Below, in pieces: positions 43,420 to 56,479 of a DNA stretch of 64,000 nucleotides. The notes under the pieces were generated by a model. That model saw only the letters and a program-made list of their open reading frames with translations. It ran no database searches and was not told the origin of the DNA. Position 1 is the first letter of the stretch. Each line of letters opens with the position of its first letter. A program made the position numbers and the translations under genes. Source of the stretch: the human T2T-CHM13v2.0 reference genome, Homo sapiens; NCBI RefSeq assembly GCF_009914755.1, contig NC_060926.1, one strand, 5' to 3'.

Positions 43420-43669
43420 ATTTCAAAAACATTTTAAAATATTAGACTCTCTTCCAGAATAATTGTGCTCACTGTTAATAAATACATACTATATTCCTAT
43501 TCCCACCAAAAATGCACATATTAGCTGTATTAACTCAACTAGTCTTAATCATTTTCCTTTTCTCTCAAATCTTAGAAAAGACTGCAGATATTTTATTATA
43601 TACTGAATCTTCATCCATCTAGAAACTTGAACCAAATCACCAATCAATAAATTCAAATTATTATACTAA

Positions 43670-44015
43670 GGTCAGGGGCACTGGCTCACACCTGTAATCC
43701 CAGCACTTTGGGAAGCCAAGGTGGGGGGATCTCTTGAACCCAGAGTTCAAGACCAGCCTGGGCAACATAGTGAGACCCTATCTCTATAAAAATTTAAAAA
43801 AATTAGCTGGCTATGGTGGTGAAACCCTGTAGTTTCAGCTACTTGGTAGGCTAAGGTGAGAGGATCAATTGAGGCCAGGTGTTTGAGACTGTTGTGAGCT
43901 CAGATACAGCCACTGCACTCCAGCCTGGCTGACAGAGCAAGGACCTGTCTCAAAAAGCAAAACAAAAACAAAAACAACAACCAAAAAGCAAAACAAAAAC
44001 AAAAACAAAAACAAA
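43670..44015 (+). mobile_element. AluJ with A/C-rich microsatellite tail
   Basis: agcctgggcaacatagtgagaccc and gaggatcaattgaggccagg are AluJ-type; only plus-strand Alu in the window. Confidence 0.92.
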
Positions 44016-45304
44016 ATACTACTATCCAATAACACTGAAAATCCCAGCAAGTTCCCCATGTAGTTTTTGCAGATTGCCAGGTTTAATTTATTCTAGAGAA
44101 GTCTAGTCTGTTCAAATTCCAATGTCCCATATGAATTATCTGCTTCTCAGTCAGTATCTGGAAACACAATTTAAAGCATTGAGAGTTCCTAACCCTTATT
44201 GTGAATAAAGTGTGTGTTTTAAATCCAAGGCTATAATCTTCTCAATCTACTCTGATGTCTGCTATAGGTTTATTAGGTCTAGAATTGATATTTTAAGTGT
44301 CATGCATGAGTCATGAGAAGAAAAAGACATTGTAGAACACATTCATTGGTTTTCGGGAGACCAGAGAAATCCTAAAAGGAGTGGCAAAGACTGGGTGCCC
44401 CATATATAAACCATCCAGCTACCTCACTACTTAAGCTGGACCCACTAATTTGAAGTGGCTCCAAACTACATTTCTCAGAAGCACCTTCTTCACAGGTGCC
44501 CAGGTAAACTATCTTGATCCAATGATATCCTTATTGCTGTAAATAGATTCATGGATTCCAGTAAAACAAATCACCTTCAGAGAGGAACACATATTTTGTT
44601 GAGTTGTATCCACCTCAAGTTAATTTTTTAATTTTTAGAAATTACATCTGAAGAAGCTTAAGTAAAAAAGCTAGTTGGATTTGAAAAGAGCTTACAACTT
44701 TCTTCAAGAGGTATTTATGTCCAGCTTAAATTGATGTGTAGTCTTACACTCTAAAAATAAACAAACTTGATTTCAACAGTGTTTAAGAAAAATTCCTACT
44801 TTTCTCTAGAGATTTATTTCATCTATTTCAATTTGGGTGAAAGACGTAGAAGAATAGAAAAAGATTTTCTGTGTGAATATGCATGTTGCTCCAGTTAATA
44901 AGTTCTTTTTTTAATAGTTCTGATTTAGTTCTTAATAGTTCTGATTTAGTGAGAGAACCTCCATCTTCTCCCATCTAAAGGGTTAGAATAACAGAATTTC
45001 TTTTAATAGTCCAAGTTCTCAAGTTATGCAGAATTAAGTAAATACTATGATACTACTCCTTCCCTAGTAAAACACTGACATTTTTCCTGTTTGTTTTTGT
45101 TTTCAGGTAGAAAACAGAATATGTAAAAGCTATTTATACTACACTTTCCCACTCATGTGTATTAAGTGATTCTCTAGGATAAGCAAGCTCAAGAAAATTT
45201 ATATTAAGCATTTTTATTCCCCAATATAATATTGACTATAAAACACTGTTAAAATTAAAAATACAAGTAAGTCTTGAAGGCAAAAAAATTCATTAGAAAG
45301 CAAT

Positions 45305-45880
45305 TGCTGTGATCTGCCACTCAATCCAGCAATCCCACTACTGGGTACCTACCCAAAGAAGAAGTCATTATATTAAAAAAAAAAAAGACACCTGCATATA
45401 CATGTTTATCACAGCACAATTCACAATTGCGAAGATATGGAATCAATGTAAGTGCTCATCCATCAATGAGTGGATAAACAAAATGTGATATATGTGTAAT
45501 ATATCACACATACCATGGAATAACACCCAGCCATAAAAAAGAACAAAACAATGTCTTTTGCAGCAACTTGGGTGAAATTGAAAACTATTATCGTAAGCGA
45601 AGTAACTTAGAGATCAAAAACCAAATACTGCATATTCTCATTTATAAGTGGGAGCTAAGCTATGGGTATACAATGGCATACAAAGTGGTATAATAGACAT
45701 TGAAGACTCAGAAGAAGAGAGGGTGAGAGGAGGATAAAGCATGAAAAATTACCTACTAGGTACAATGCTCACTATTCAGGTGACAGGTACACTAAAAGCT
45801 CAGATTTCCCTACTCTACAATTCACCCATGTAACCAAACATGACTTATACTCCTAAAGCTATTCAAATTTTAAAAATTAA
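45305..45880 (+). mobile_element. L1PB-like 3' end
   Basis: aatccagcaatcccactactggg ... aagtgggagctaagctatggg ... aaaaattacctactaggtacaatg. Confidence 0.85.
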
Positions 45881-47949
45881 TGAAAATTGAAATGAATCAA
45901 TTGCTAGTCTTTGGCATATGAAGGAAACAAGATGAATATATTTGCTAGCTAGCTGGCAAAAGTTTCTTGAAAGGAACCTATGGTAGGAGAATTGTGATTA
46001 TGGACTGCTGGTATGTGTTATCAGTACCCAACTCCTTCCTTCCTGGCAGCTTTCTGAGCCATTGACCATCCCTGGCCCATATATCTGTATAAAGTTTATA
46101 ATAATCTAACAATTTCTAGGGATGTCTTCATATACCTCACTTGGATACCTTGACAAGTGCCTCACAATGAAAACCACGTGTGTAAATTTGTTTTTCTGCC
46201 AACATACGACACTTGATCTCCATTTGTGAAGTCATTTACTCTAAAGAAGAAACAATTGCAATCACTGTCTCTGTATGTAAAACCAAGAAAAACTTTAGAA
46301 AGTAGATGTTCTCAGGTAGCTCTATTTCTGTGTAATACCAGCAACTCCACCTACTCAGATGTATTTATAGTTAATGTTTTCCTTCGTTTTGCTGTATTTT
46401 AACAAAATGTCACAAGTTTCTCAGAAAGCAATTAAAACAAAATGTAATCACTGATACCTGTCTGTGTTCATTTCCTTATCACATGTGCCAGACATTTTTA
46501 TAAAGATGACAATTATTTATTTCAGGAAACATGTTTCTGTTCAAGGAGCAATCAAGTATAGGAATAAGGTCACTGTATTCTCTAATATGCAGTGACAGCT
46601 AACACGGCTAAGCATAAAGTGCTTAGGCACTAGGGATGGAATTTAAATGTTGGTTCAGCATCCCATTTCTGAAGTTTGATATCTCTTTTGAAATTTTCAA
46701 GGCATTACCACTAATGAATTATTTAGATAAGCAATTACAACAGTTGGGATATTTTTGTTATTGTTGTTAAACATTTAATTTAAAATATATTGGTATTCAA
46801 CTGCTATCTTTTCCTTAAATAAACTAAAGAAAATATTGCTATCCTCATTGAGAGTGATAACAATATGTTAGTGACTGAGGGTTATACAGGGCCATACAGG
46901 GGTATACAGAGGTACAACGCCTGTCGTCTGTACTCAACACACTCTTGAAGGATAAGCAAGGGCTGATTGATTTTTAACGGCAGTGTAATGATTTCCTGGG
47001 CCTCTCAGTCATTTGTCTAACTATTCTGACTTCATGTTTATCATCTTACTGAAAGGAGAAGATCTGATTAAATGTGTACTTCAGAAAGCTCCAGAGATTA
47101 TTAAAGTCCAGTTGTTAGCCCATAAATCATCCTAAGTTTTTACATTACGTGATTCTGAGGCATCAATGCTACTAATTACAGATTTCCTTCTAAGGCTTTT
47201 ATGATAGCCAATGTGCAATTCTCAATCCCTCTGTGACTCACTCTGCCATTTACAGGCAGAGTAATGTCACCAGCCCTGCGGTAAGAGGAATACAAATTTT
47301 TTAGAAGGCTAGCCAAATTATGGTTGGTTGAAGCATCTCCCATCTAGTTTCCCAATAATTTACAATATTAACTATACGATTGTAACCTGAATAAAATTCT
47401 CCCTTGTCTTTTCATTATTTCAATTATTTTCAAGGTCTTACTTTTTATTTTTCTCTAAAACACTCATCAAAACAATATCATACTAGTCAAGATAGCAGAG
47501 ATTCAACTCAAAGAAACATTGATTAAGGCACTACTGTGTTCCAGGCATAATCCTAGAGGTTTTGCAAAACAGTCTTTGCCAAATGAACAAAAGCAAAAAA
47601 CTCATAATACAGCTAGAACACACAGAGATACACTCACCATAGGCTATTCTGAAAGTATTGAGTGCTGTGATAGGTATAGAAATACATATACACATAAATG
47701 AATATAGATATAAATATAGATATACAAGGGGATATAGAATCACAGGAGCCTCCCTAGAGGTAATCAGCTTTAAGCTAGAAGATGAGAATTCTCCTTGGGG
47801 TAGAGATATAAGAACACTTAAAGGAAACATAAGCCAAATATAAAATAGAGCAAGATCCTTCTTGGAACAGTAATCAAAGAAACTATATAGAAAGGGAAAA
47901 TTCAGAGTAGAACCTTGAAAGGGAATCTGGGGCTACTTACAACCAGTTA

Positions 47950-48700
47950 CAGAACTTTCTTATTCCTGTTCTTTTGGAATCATTCCAGACCAATCTCTTC
48001 CCATCATAAAACTACTAAACCATTGTGGGACATTATAGTTTCCAGGTTGCCTTTTTCAGCTAGTTTTCTTGTCTTCATACTAGCTCTTTGCTTTCTTCCT
48101 TCTTTCCCCTAACTACATTCAACCTTCCATCCCATAGGCAGAGTGATACACCTAAGGTGCAAATCTGATCCTGGCACTCAGTGTCCCTGTAGCTTCCACT
48201 TGCTCTAGACTAAGTGGTCTAGCATGCCATACGTAGTGCTCTGTGGTAAGGCCCTTGCTCTCCTTCTAGTTCCATAATGAAAGTATGGCCAGTTGGCAGC
48301 CCCTGAAGCCCGTGTGCTCTCACACCTCTGTGCCTCAGTGTGAGCTGCTTCTCTAAACTGAAGGAACTCTCTTATTCCAATTATCTTATTCTCACCCCTG
48401 TATATCCTTGAAAACTGGTATTCTTCTTCAAGAACTCAACTCAGAGGGCTTACTTGGGGAATATTTTCTAGAACCTCCTCCCCTGACTAACACACAGGGT
48501 CAGCCTCTCCTTCCTCATAGTACTCCGTAAATACATTAATAAAAGCAGGTATCACATTGCTTACTTTTTATTTTTTTAAGTCTAAGTTCTAAAAATGTCA
48601 TCTAGTTTATTACTATGTCACCAGGACCTGGCAACAGTTCCTGGTTCATAACAAAGGATGAATATAGGAATAAATGAATGAATAAATAAATGAATCACAG
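47950..48700. mobile_element. L2 remnants
   Basis: tgcaaatctgatcctggcactc ... ccaggacctggcaacagttcctgg ... (TGAA)n-like end at about 48660-48695. Confidence 0.55.
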
Positions 48701-50179
48701 TATCTAAGTCAAATAAGAGAGAATTTTAAGAATATGGGATTGAGTCAATAGTCATTTTATACAAAAAGGTCAAGCATAGTTAGGGTGGAAGTTATTAATG
48801 ATCTTTGCAATAATAATTTCTCTAAAGATTATGATGGATTGAAAAGTACATTATGCTAAGGAAATGGCAAAAGGGGATCTTCTGTGCAACATTTACAATT
48901 TGGCCATATTTCTAAGACTGAGGAGAAGAAAGTAATGTAAGCAGAAATATTGAAAATATAAGAAAGCTGGTATGATTGACGGGAAAAGATCACAAAGGAG
49001 ATAAGGAACAGGATCAAACCCCATGTGGGCAGATTTGTCTTGGAGAGCCGTGGTATTTCTCCTTTTGAAACAAGTGGTAAGAAATGCACTATCAAGTAAA
49101 GAAACAGGTAAGTTTAGAAGAAGAAGAAATGGGATTTGAGCATTTATGTCTCTGTGCCTGATATCTTTATTGTTTGCTCCAAAGAGAAGAGTTCACTACT
49201 GGAGAATGAGAACCCAGGAGAATCGTAAAGATTTGGAAAATTTAGGATAGGGCAGCCAAGAGACAGCTTGGGCAGAATAAAGCTTAGCCTTTCATGGTAT
49301 CTAGGGAACCATCCCCAAATTTAAGTAATAATAATGATAGAAATGAACAATAGATATGAACATGGACTGTGAATTGTCTCTCAATCTTAACGTAAGCATG
49401 ACAGAAAGTCTCTTCAGATACTTCTGCTATTTTACTGATATACAAACTAAATGCAAACAAAATGCTATTATGCAAATGTAAATTCAAGGTAAGTCTTCTA
49501 GGCTCTCCTTCCAATCAGATTACCACCCTTTTGCTCTTCCATATAGAAATGCTAAAGCTGCTCCTGAAAATCCATATGTGGACATAAGAACATAGACTAA
49601 GGTGGAGTAAAAGAAAATTAAAAGCAGCACAAGGGTCCAGCTGAAAGTGAAACTGTTAAACCTTTGATGACATCAATTTGAATTTGCAACGTTTTAAAAT
49701 TGTCTAGTTTGAGCCATGGTAGAGCAAATGACAAGTTTCTGAAAGATTTGAGAGCCCTGGCTAGAGTAGCTATGGAAGACTATGAGGAAAAGATAAGAGC
49801 CACGGAGGCATAGAGCAGGATGGCCAGGTGGGGACCCAGGTAAGCACAATTCATTCTGCTTAAATGGGGAAATGAGGCTTTGAGTTTCTTTGATATGGAT
49901 GTCAGTGTGCAAGCTGGATGATATTTGGGCAGAGAATAAAATGGGTTTAATACACTGTCCAGGAAAAACGTTTGTCTGGGTCTGTCCCTACCCTCTATCT
50001 GACAGGTAGCTGGTTGTTGTTATCTCCTGTAGCTTCTTGTACTATCCAGGCTCAGAAGGACTCCTCACCATGGTTAGAAATCAATAAAGGCATCTGAAGT
50101 TAGTTGAGAATAGCCTGTGAATACCTTCTCAGTATCCTTTCCTTTTGGTTAGATTTGTCCTAACTCACGCATTACATCA

Positions 50180-51095
50180 CACATTCACTGAGCAAATATT
50201 TATAGAGTGCTGACTTTATGCCACACACTGTTCAATGTGTTTGGATATAACAGTAAACAAAGAAGCAAGATGACTGCTATTATAGAACTTAATATTCTAG
50301 ACTGCAGAAAAGAGATCCTAAGTGACTACACATATACACACAAAGATTATACACACACATACACACACATATATATAACACATTTAAAAGATAAATTGGA
50401 AAACATTAAAAAGGATAATGTGAAGATGAAAAAGGATGGCTTAATTTGAGAGGCCAGGAAAGACCACTCTGATAAATTCAAATGTGACTAAGAACTAATG
50501 GATACCAAGAGCCAGCCACATGGCCATATGGATGTAGAAGGCAGAGGTAATAGCAGGAACAAAGATCCCAAGGCAGGAATAAACTTGAAGTGTGGCTGAC
50601 ACACAGCAAAGAGCTGGAAAGGAGGTAATGTGGTTGAGAAGGAGTGAATGAGGTGGAAAGGTACCGGATAAGGGCAAAGGAAAGAGAGAAAATCATTTTT
50701 TGAAAAATTGTGCAGGCTATGATGAATGGTCTGAATATTATTCTGCCTGAAATGGGAATCTGCTAAAGGGTTTCAGCAGAGGTGTGATATAATCTGATCT
50801 GTATGTCAAAACAGCACTTTGACTTTTGCTTGAAAAAAGAAAGGATTCAGGGAAGAAATAGGGAGGCAATTATTAGGAAGCTATTGCATTGATCCAAAAG
50901 ATGGTTGTACCATCCAAGATAATAGGGGTAAAAGTAGAGAGAAGTACAAACTCAAAATGTTTTTAGAGATAGAAATGGCAGGGCTTTGTAATTGATTTCG
51001 TTGTGAATATACAAGAAAAGAGAAATAAAGAAACAGTTCTATGTTTTCAGTTTGACTCTATGAGTAGGCAGTAGTGTAATTTCCTGACAGGGAAG
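50180..51095. mobile_element. L2 (L2a-like) 3' portion
   Basis: cattcactgagcaaatatttatagagtgctgacttta ... agcagaggtgtgatataatctgat ... taggaagctattgcat. Confidence 0.75.
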
Positions 51096-51745
51096 AAAAC
51101 TTTTCCAGTTCTACCAGGGCAGAACTGAGTCCCAAAGAAGAGATAGGGTCCAGCCACTCTAGAGACACAAAGATCTATCTGACACTCGAGGTATGCAAAT
51201 TATGATTGTAAACTGAAATCCATTTCGAAGCTCTTTCTCCTGTGCCTCTTTTTCCTGTGGCATGGCCTAACTCCTAGTGATCCAACTTGGAAATGCTGTA
51301 GTCATCTTTGAATTTTCTATTTCTTTTACATACAAAATCCAGTCTGATACCCAGCCATATGGATTTCACTTGAAAAAATGTCTCTTGACCATGTATTCTC
51401 TGCTACACTACCCTTGATTTATTCAGGTCTTTTCAGTCTTCAATGGATCTACTGAGTACCCTGAAGTCTTTTCTCTGCTTCTAGGTTTCTCCTTCTCTGC
51501 CCATTTCTTCCAAGCTATAAGCTGCTGTCACAGTAATCTTTATAAATGAATGACTGGAAATATTTATGCACTTAAACAGAATAGAAATCAGGTAAAATTT
51601 GTGATGACTCTTGACTTGTAGTGAGTTAAAGGTAAATTCCTGGGCATGTAATATAACAGACTTTTCCAAGGGTACATGATTAGAAAAATGCCAATCCCTG
51701 GTCAATTTTAACTGGTCTGAGATAGAATTAGAAAAACAGGACAAT

Positions 51746-51854
51746 AATATATATATGTATACATATGTATACATATATACATATATTCATATATATTCAT
51801 ATATATGCATATATATATTCATATATATTCATATATATGCATATATATATTCAA

Positions 51855-51882
<28 letters not shown>
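51746..51882. repeat. Compound (TA)n / TATTCA microsatellite
   Basis: atatatatgtatacatatg ... atattcatatatattcatatatatgc ... (AT)n. Confidence 0.95.
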
Positions 51883-51886
<4 letters not shown>

Positions 51887-54409
51887 CAGTTGTATTCATT
51901 TGCCAACCGTCCTTTCTTGAAAAAGACTAGACATTATATTTATATGTCCTTTGGATCTGTTCAAAAATTTTCAGTCCCTGGTCAGAAGATACACCCTGTT
52001 AAAATACGTCATGTCCAAGGGAATTGTAAACATCTGGGACATCAGTGAGGTCGGGTAATGTGAAACAATGTCTACAGTTTATATTCCAAACACAGTCACG
52101 TAGGGAAAATAATGACCTCAACCAGTAGAGAATTCCTCACCCAGAGAATGTACACAATGCTGGAGAAAGAATCCCTTGTGAGAAATTAAAAGACATCATA
52201 GGACTCTATACCATTGCATATGTCTACTTCAGAGGTCTAATATCATGCACTGTCCTGCTTTAATAAAAACGCTTCTGCCAAAGCCTTGTCAATAGGATTA
52301 CCCATTCGAGGGATGCTTGGGTGTTCTGATGGGTATTTGAGAAGAGGGTACAATCACTATAAAACATTGGGTATGTTCCGTGTCACAGGTAACTAAGTGG
52401 CATTTTATTATATTCAATTATATGCTTCAATTTTCATATGAATTTTTTCATACATGAAAATATGACTCTGCAAATAGCTTATAATTTTGTCAAACATTAA
52501 TCTATTTTCCATAAATATTAAGAGAAAAAATCACAATTATTCTTAAACATTTGTTGATTTTAAACCATTTGTTTCCAGGGTCAATTAACCTAAATTAGTA
52601 TCAGCTAAAATATCATTTAGAGTTAGCAGAAACATCAGAAGGAGGTGAAAGGAGGAATTCTGGGTTGTACAGAGGGGATCTAGTAGGAAGAAACTGAAAG
52701 AAAATATATCAGAAATAAATTTGTCATACTGGACAAGGTAGTAAGAGGTGAGCCTTGGGAAGAGATATACTGCCTGGTCTTTCTGAGATGACAAGGCATT
52801 AAGCAAGGTTTATAAATAATAAACCCATAACAAATTATATAAGCAGCCTTTGGAATTTAAAGCAAAATAGACTTTGAGCGCTCATAAATTTGCTCCCAAG
52901 TTAACCTCACAAAATTACCCTTAATTTAAAATTTCACAGTCACTCCACCAATAGATGCACATTAGAAGTGCATTGGGTAATTACTATTTATTAGCATTAC
53001 ATACAATTTAGACCAGTTTCAGGAAACACCGTATAAATTCTTTCCCTTGAATCTGACCTTAACCACAAAGTCTAATGATCTAACCAGAGCAGTTAGCAGG
53101 GCAGAGAGAACCCATTATCTAAAGAATGTTTTTGGAAAATGCCAGTTCACTTGTCATTTATCGGCTAAAAAGCAATCTGACCTTGGGGATGAAGTCATCT
53201 TTCCAAATTTCATTTTAGGATCCAGTAAATCTACTAAAAACTTAGCAGAAATTGAGAGTTGAGATTAAGAGCCTCAAGCACATGTATCTTAGATACAGCC
53301 TGACGTGATAGTGCAGAACGCATTGCCTATTTTAATATTCTGATGCAAGCCACTACTGCAGAGATATATTTGCATTCAGAATGCACGGTCATAGAAGCAA
53401 TGTGATCTAAAGGCTTGTCATGTGTTAAATGCCTCACAGTGTTTTGCAGACAACAGAAAGTTTCACTTGCAAAAAGTACTAGAATTAATGAGTCAAGGTA
53501 GGTGACAAGCTCTTAAGCTGATACATACATCAAGGAACTGAGCTTCTCATAACCATCCTGCCATACTTGATTATGTTCTGGGAAAACATCCCACATACAA
53601 ATGTGACTTTGTTTATTAAATCTAACATATTAAATGCAGTATGCTGCTAAAAATTACTCTCATTTTTATATAGAATATATTTCCATAAACTATATAATAG
53701 ATAATAATTTAAACAACATTAACTATAAAGAGTTTGAAGAAAATATTGTTATAGCTTGCATTAAAATGTCATGAGATCAGAGAGGCTTAGAATAAATGAT
53801 TTGATGAAGGCTTTTCTTACAAGTCCATTTTATCTGAAGCAGGGTAAATTCTGCCTTGAAATATTCTCTCTCATAGACAGACCAACTCAATCTTAAAGAG
53901 TTCCTAATGCAGATTCTAAAATTGTTTCATTTGGGCTAATGACATAGAATAAGGAGGAAGGAGAGAATCATGCATTCTTGAAGCAGAAGAAATTGCCAAT
54001 TGCTTGCTCTCTGGGGAGATGGTTTTGAAAACCAGTGTGAAAGGCTTGAATGAATGTGTACATTTGCACAAGGGCAGTAACAAAGACTCTGTGACAGTAT
54101 GAGACAACATCAGCAAGTAGGTCCAGTATCCAATGACTCTTCCAAAGGAATGAGGACTGACTCATGAAAGCTGAGTAAACTATTAAGGGTCATGTGTAAG
54201 GATCAAATACTGTGGCAACATCTGGGTGTGGAAGGTAAAGAGAAACAGGACTATTTGTGGCCAAACCTTGAACTAGGGAAACGCAAAGGGGTGGAAGACA
54301 TGCAGTGAAGAAAGCAAATGGACTGTGGAGCTATAATAACTTCTTATTCCCCAAGCTAGTCAAGCAGACCGACTTTATTCTAAGTATCAAATACAGGGAG
54401 TCAACTCAG

Positions 54410-54605
54410 TGCATTGTTATAAGAGCAGAAGTTTTAGCATCAGCAGAACGGTAAGCTCTGCCATGTATTACCTCTGTGACTTCAGGCATGTTACTTCTGA
54501 GAGAAGCTAAGTAACACATTTCTTTATCTGTAAATGGGATGATACTCTCTACATAAACACGTGACAATGTAATTGGCATGTGGTAACTTCACAATAACAT
54601 TAACT
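54410..54605. mobile_element. MIR SINE
   Basis: ctctgccatgtattacctctgtgacttcaggcatgttactt ... tttctttatctgtaaatgggatgata. Confidence 0.7.
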
Positions 54606-54777
54606 TTTTCGTATTGCCTTAGTGCTCCTTATATTATGGCAAATCACAGGGAATGAAGATAGAGTTGATCCCTGATTATTGGTATGAGGCATGGCTCTGC
54701 AGTCTTAATAGGCCCCACTGTGTTTAGAAACATATTGAGTAGCCCCAGCAGCTGCTAGCTGTAAAGTCTTTCTAGGT

Positions 54778-54925
54778 ACAAGGTTCTTCACCTTGGCTGC
54801 ACTTTGCAGACACTCAGAGAGCTTTATAAAAACTAAGTTGTTAGTTTTTATAAAGACTATATATCAGAATTTTAAAAGATTTGCAGGCAAGTGATTTTAA
54901 CATGGTGGGAAGGCTGTTGTCACTA
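54778..54925. mobile_element. MER5-like MITE carrying an internal 15-bp perfect palindrome
   Basis: ggttcttcaccttggctgcac ... gagcttta ... atcagaat ... aagtgattttaa. Confidence 0.55.
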
Positions 54926-55074
54926 TGTTGGAGAATAACCAGTGAGTGGAAGGATTCCAAAGGACAAAAGACTTCTCTAAAAGACACTGAGCCATATACA
55001 CAGTAACTGATTAAACCAGCCTAGCAGGGATATGGACCTAAAACTGACAATAAATGTAATAGAAAAAAAATGGT

Positions 55075-55740
55075 CGGTGGATGTGGATATGGCTTGGATG
55101 TGGATGTGAGTGTTAGTGTGGCTGTGAATGCGGGTGTGGATGTAGCTATGGATGTGGATGTGGGCGTGACTGTGAATGTGAATGAGCATGTGGCTGTGGC
55201 TGTGGCTGTAGCTGTGGACAAGGATAAGGATGTGGATGTGACTGCAAATGTGGATGAAAATGTTGGATGTGGATGAGGACTTGGATGTGGATGTGGCTAT
55301 GGATGTGGATGAGGATGTGGCTATGGATGTGAATGTGGCTGTGGCTGTGGATGTAGCTGTAGATGTGGGTGTGGATATGGATGTGACTGTGGATGTGGCT
55401 GTGGATGTGAATGTTGCTGTGGATGTGAAAGAGGATATGGATGTGGATGTGGAGACAGTGGATGTGAACGAAGATGTGGCTGTGGCTGTGGCTGTGGATG
55501 TTGCTGAGGATGTAGATGTAGACAAGGATATGAATGTGACTGTGTTTGAATGTGGATGTAGCTGTGGATGTGGATGAGGATGTGGATGTGACTGTGGATA
55601 TGAGTGTATATGTGGAAGAGGGGGTGGATGTCACTGTGAATGTGGATGTGACTCTGTATGTGGATGTAGCTATGTATGTAGATGAGGATGTGGATGTGAT
55701 TGTGAGTGTGGATGTTGCTGGAGATGTGGATGTGGGTACA
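55075..55740. repeat. Degenerate hexamer tandem array, consensus GTGGAT, about 110 units
   Basis: Units GTGGAT, GTGGCT, GTGAAT, GTGACT, GAGGAT, ATGGAT, GTAGCT in register except for two single-base shifts. Confidence 0.95.
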
Positions 55741-56017
55741 GACAATGACAGAGTGAGAGAAAGTCAGTGGGTCTTGAAGAATGGTCCTATGACTATGTAA
55801 TGCCTGGCTGCACCAAACAATTGAAGTTCTATTTTGACGAGTTATATTCCCATCCTGACTATTCCCATCACTTTATAAAGAAATTTGACTGTGAAGTACT
55901 TGGGGCACAAGAGAAAATAAAAATAATAAAATGAGAATTTCTTAGAAACAACAAAACAACAGCAGAGGCAAGAATGGGTAGATCTGTGTACGTCTACCCA
56001 TGTGTACCCTGTGTACA

Positions 56018-56233
56018 TCTGTGTGTGTACTTTTTCCGATCTTCCCTGGTTGTACATTCAACCATTAGCTGAATCTTTGTGAATCCAATGAGAGAAGGTA
56101 TTTGGAGGCTCCCTAAAGTTTTTTGTTTGTTTATCATTCTTTGCAGGCTTAAGGGGACGTATTGTGAAAACAGGCAGGGTAGGGAAACACTGACAGCGCG
56201 CAGCATGAAATATGCAGCATGCTGCCTATGCTG
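56018..56233 (-). repeat. Inverted copy (216 bp, about 93% identical) of 59085-59300
   Basis: Hand alignment to the reverse complement: no gaps, about 15 substitutions. Confidence 0.97.
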
Positions 56234-56479
56234 CCTAACCTTGCTCCTCTGACCTTAAGACCACACTGTGTGGCACCTAGTGGTGGCTCTGTGTAGGCAT
56301 GTGTACAACACATATGTGTGAGAGTGGGGTCAATTCCTCTTATCAAGTTATTCTAAATATACACCCAATATTAATGTAAATAACTTAACTATCATATATG
56401 CAATGCAGATACAACTTTAAGAAAGGTCCCATAGGCTCCTCTTCCAACCATGTTGCCATAATGAGACCCTACCACACAT
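56234..56479 (+). repeat. Direct copy (246 bp) of 58333-58588
   Basis: Hand alignment: about 8 substitutions plus a 10-bp segment (agtctccaac) missing from this copy. Confidence 0.97.

Noticed and set aside
44911-44950. Short direct duplications here and at about 41538-41567 and 60103-60156
   Set aside because: Ordinary 15-20 bp local duplications with no further structure.
51481-52048. Tyr/Ile-rich ORFs here and at 62283-62632
   Set aside because: Translations of (TA)n/(CA)n microsatellites.
55075-55740. CRISPR-like or telomeric array
   Set aside because: No repeat-spacer structure and not TTAGGG-based; eukaryotic simple repeat.
54977-55800. Mucin-like Ser/Thr, His-rich and Val/Asp ORFs
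   Set aside because: Not called as CDS: they are translations of a hexamer repeat, broken by frameshifts, with no signal peptide or synonymous-site bias. Kept only as a hypothesis in findings.
56270-56287. CTCF-like CCACTAGGTGCCAC on the minus strand of the duplicated segment
   Set aside because: Mismatch at a strongly conserved G of the core; unsupported without ChIP data.
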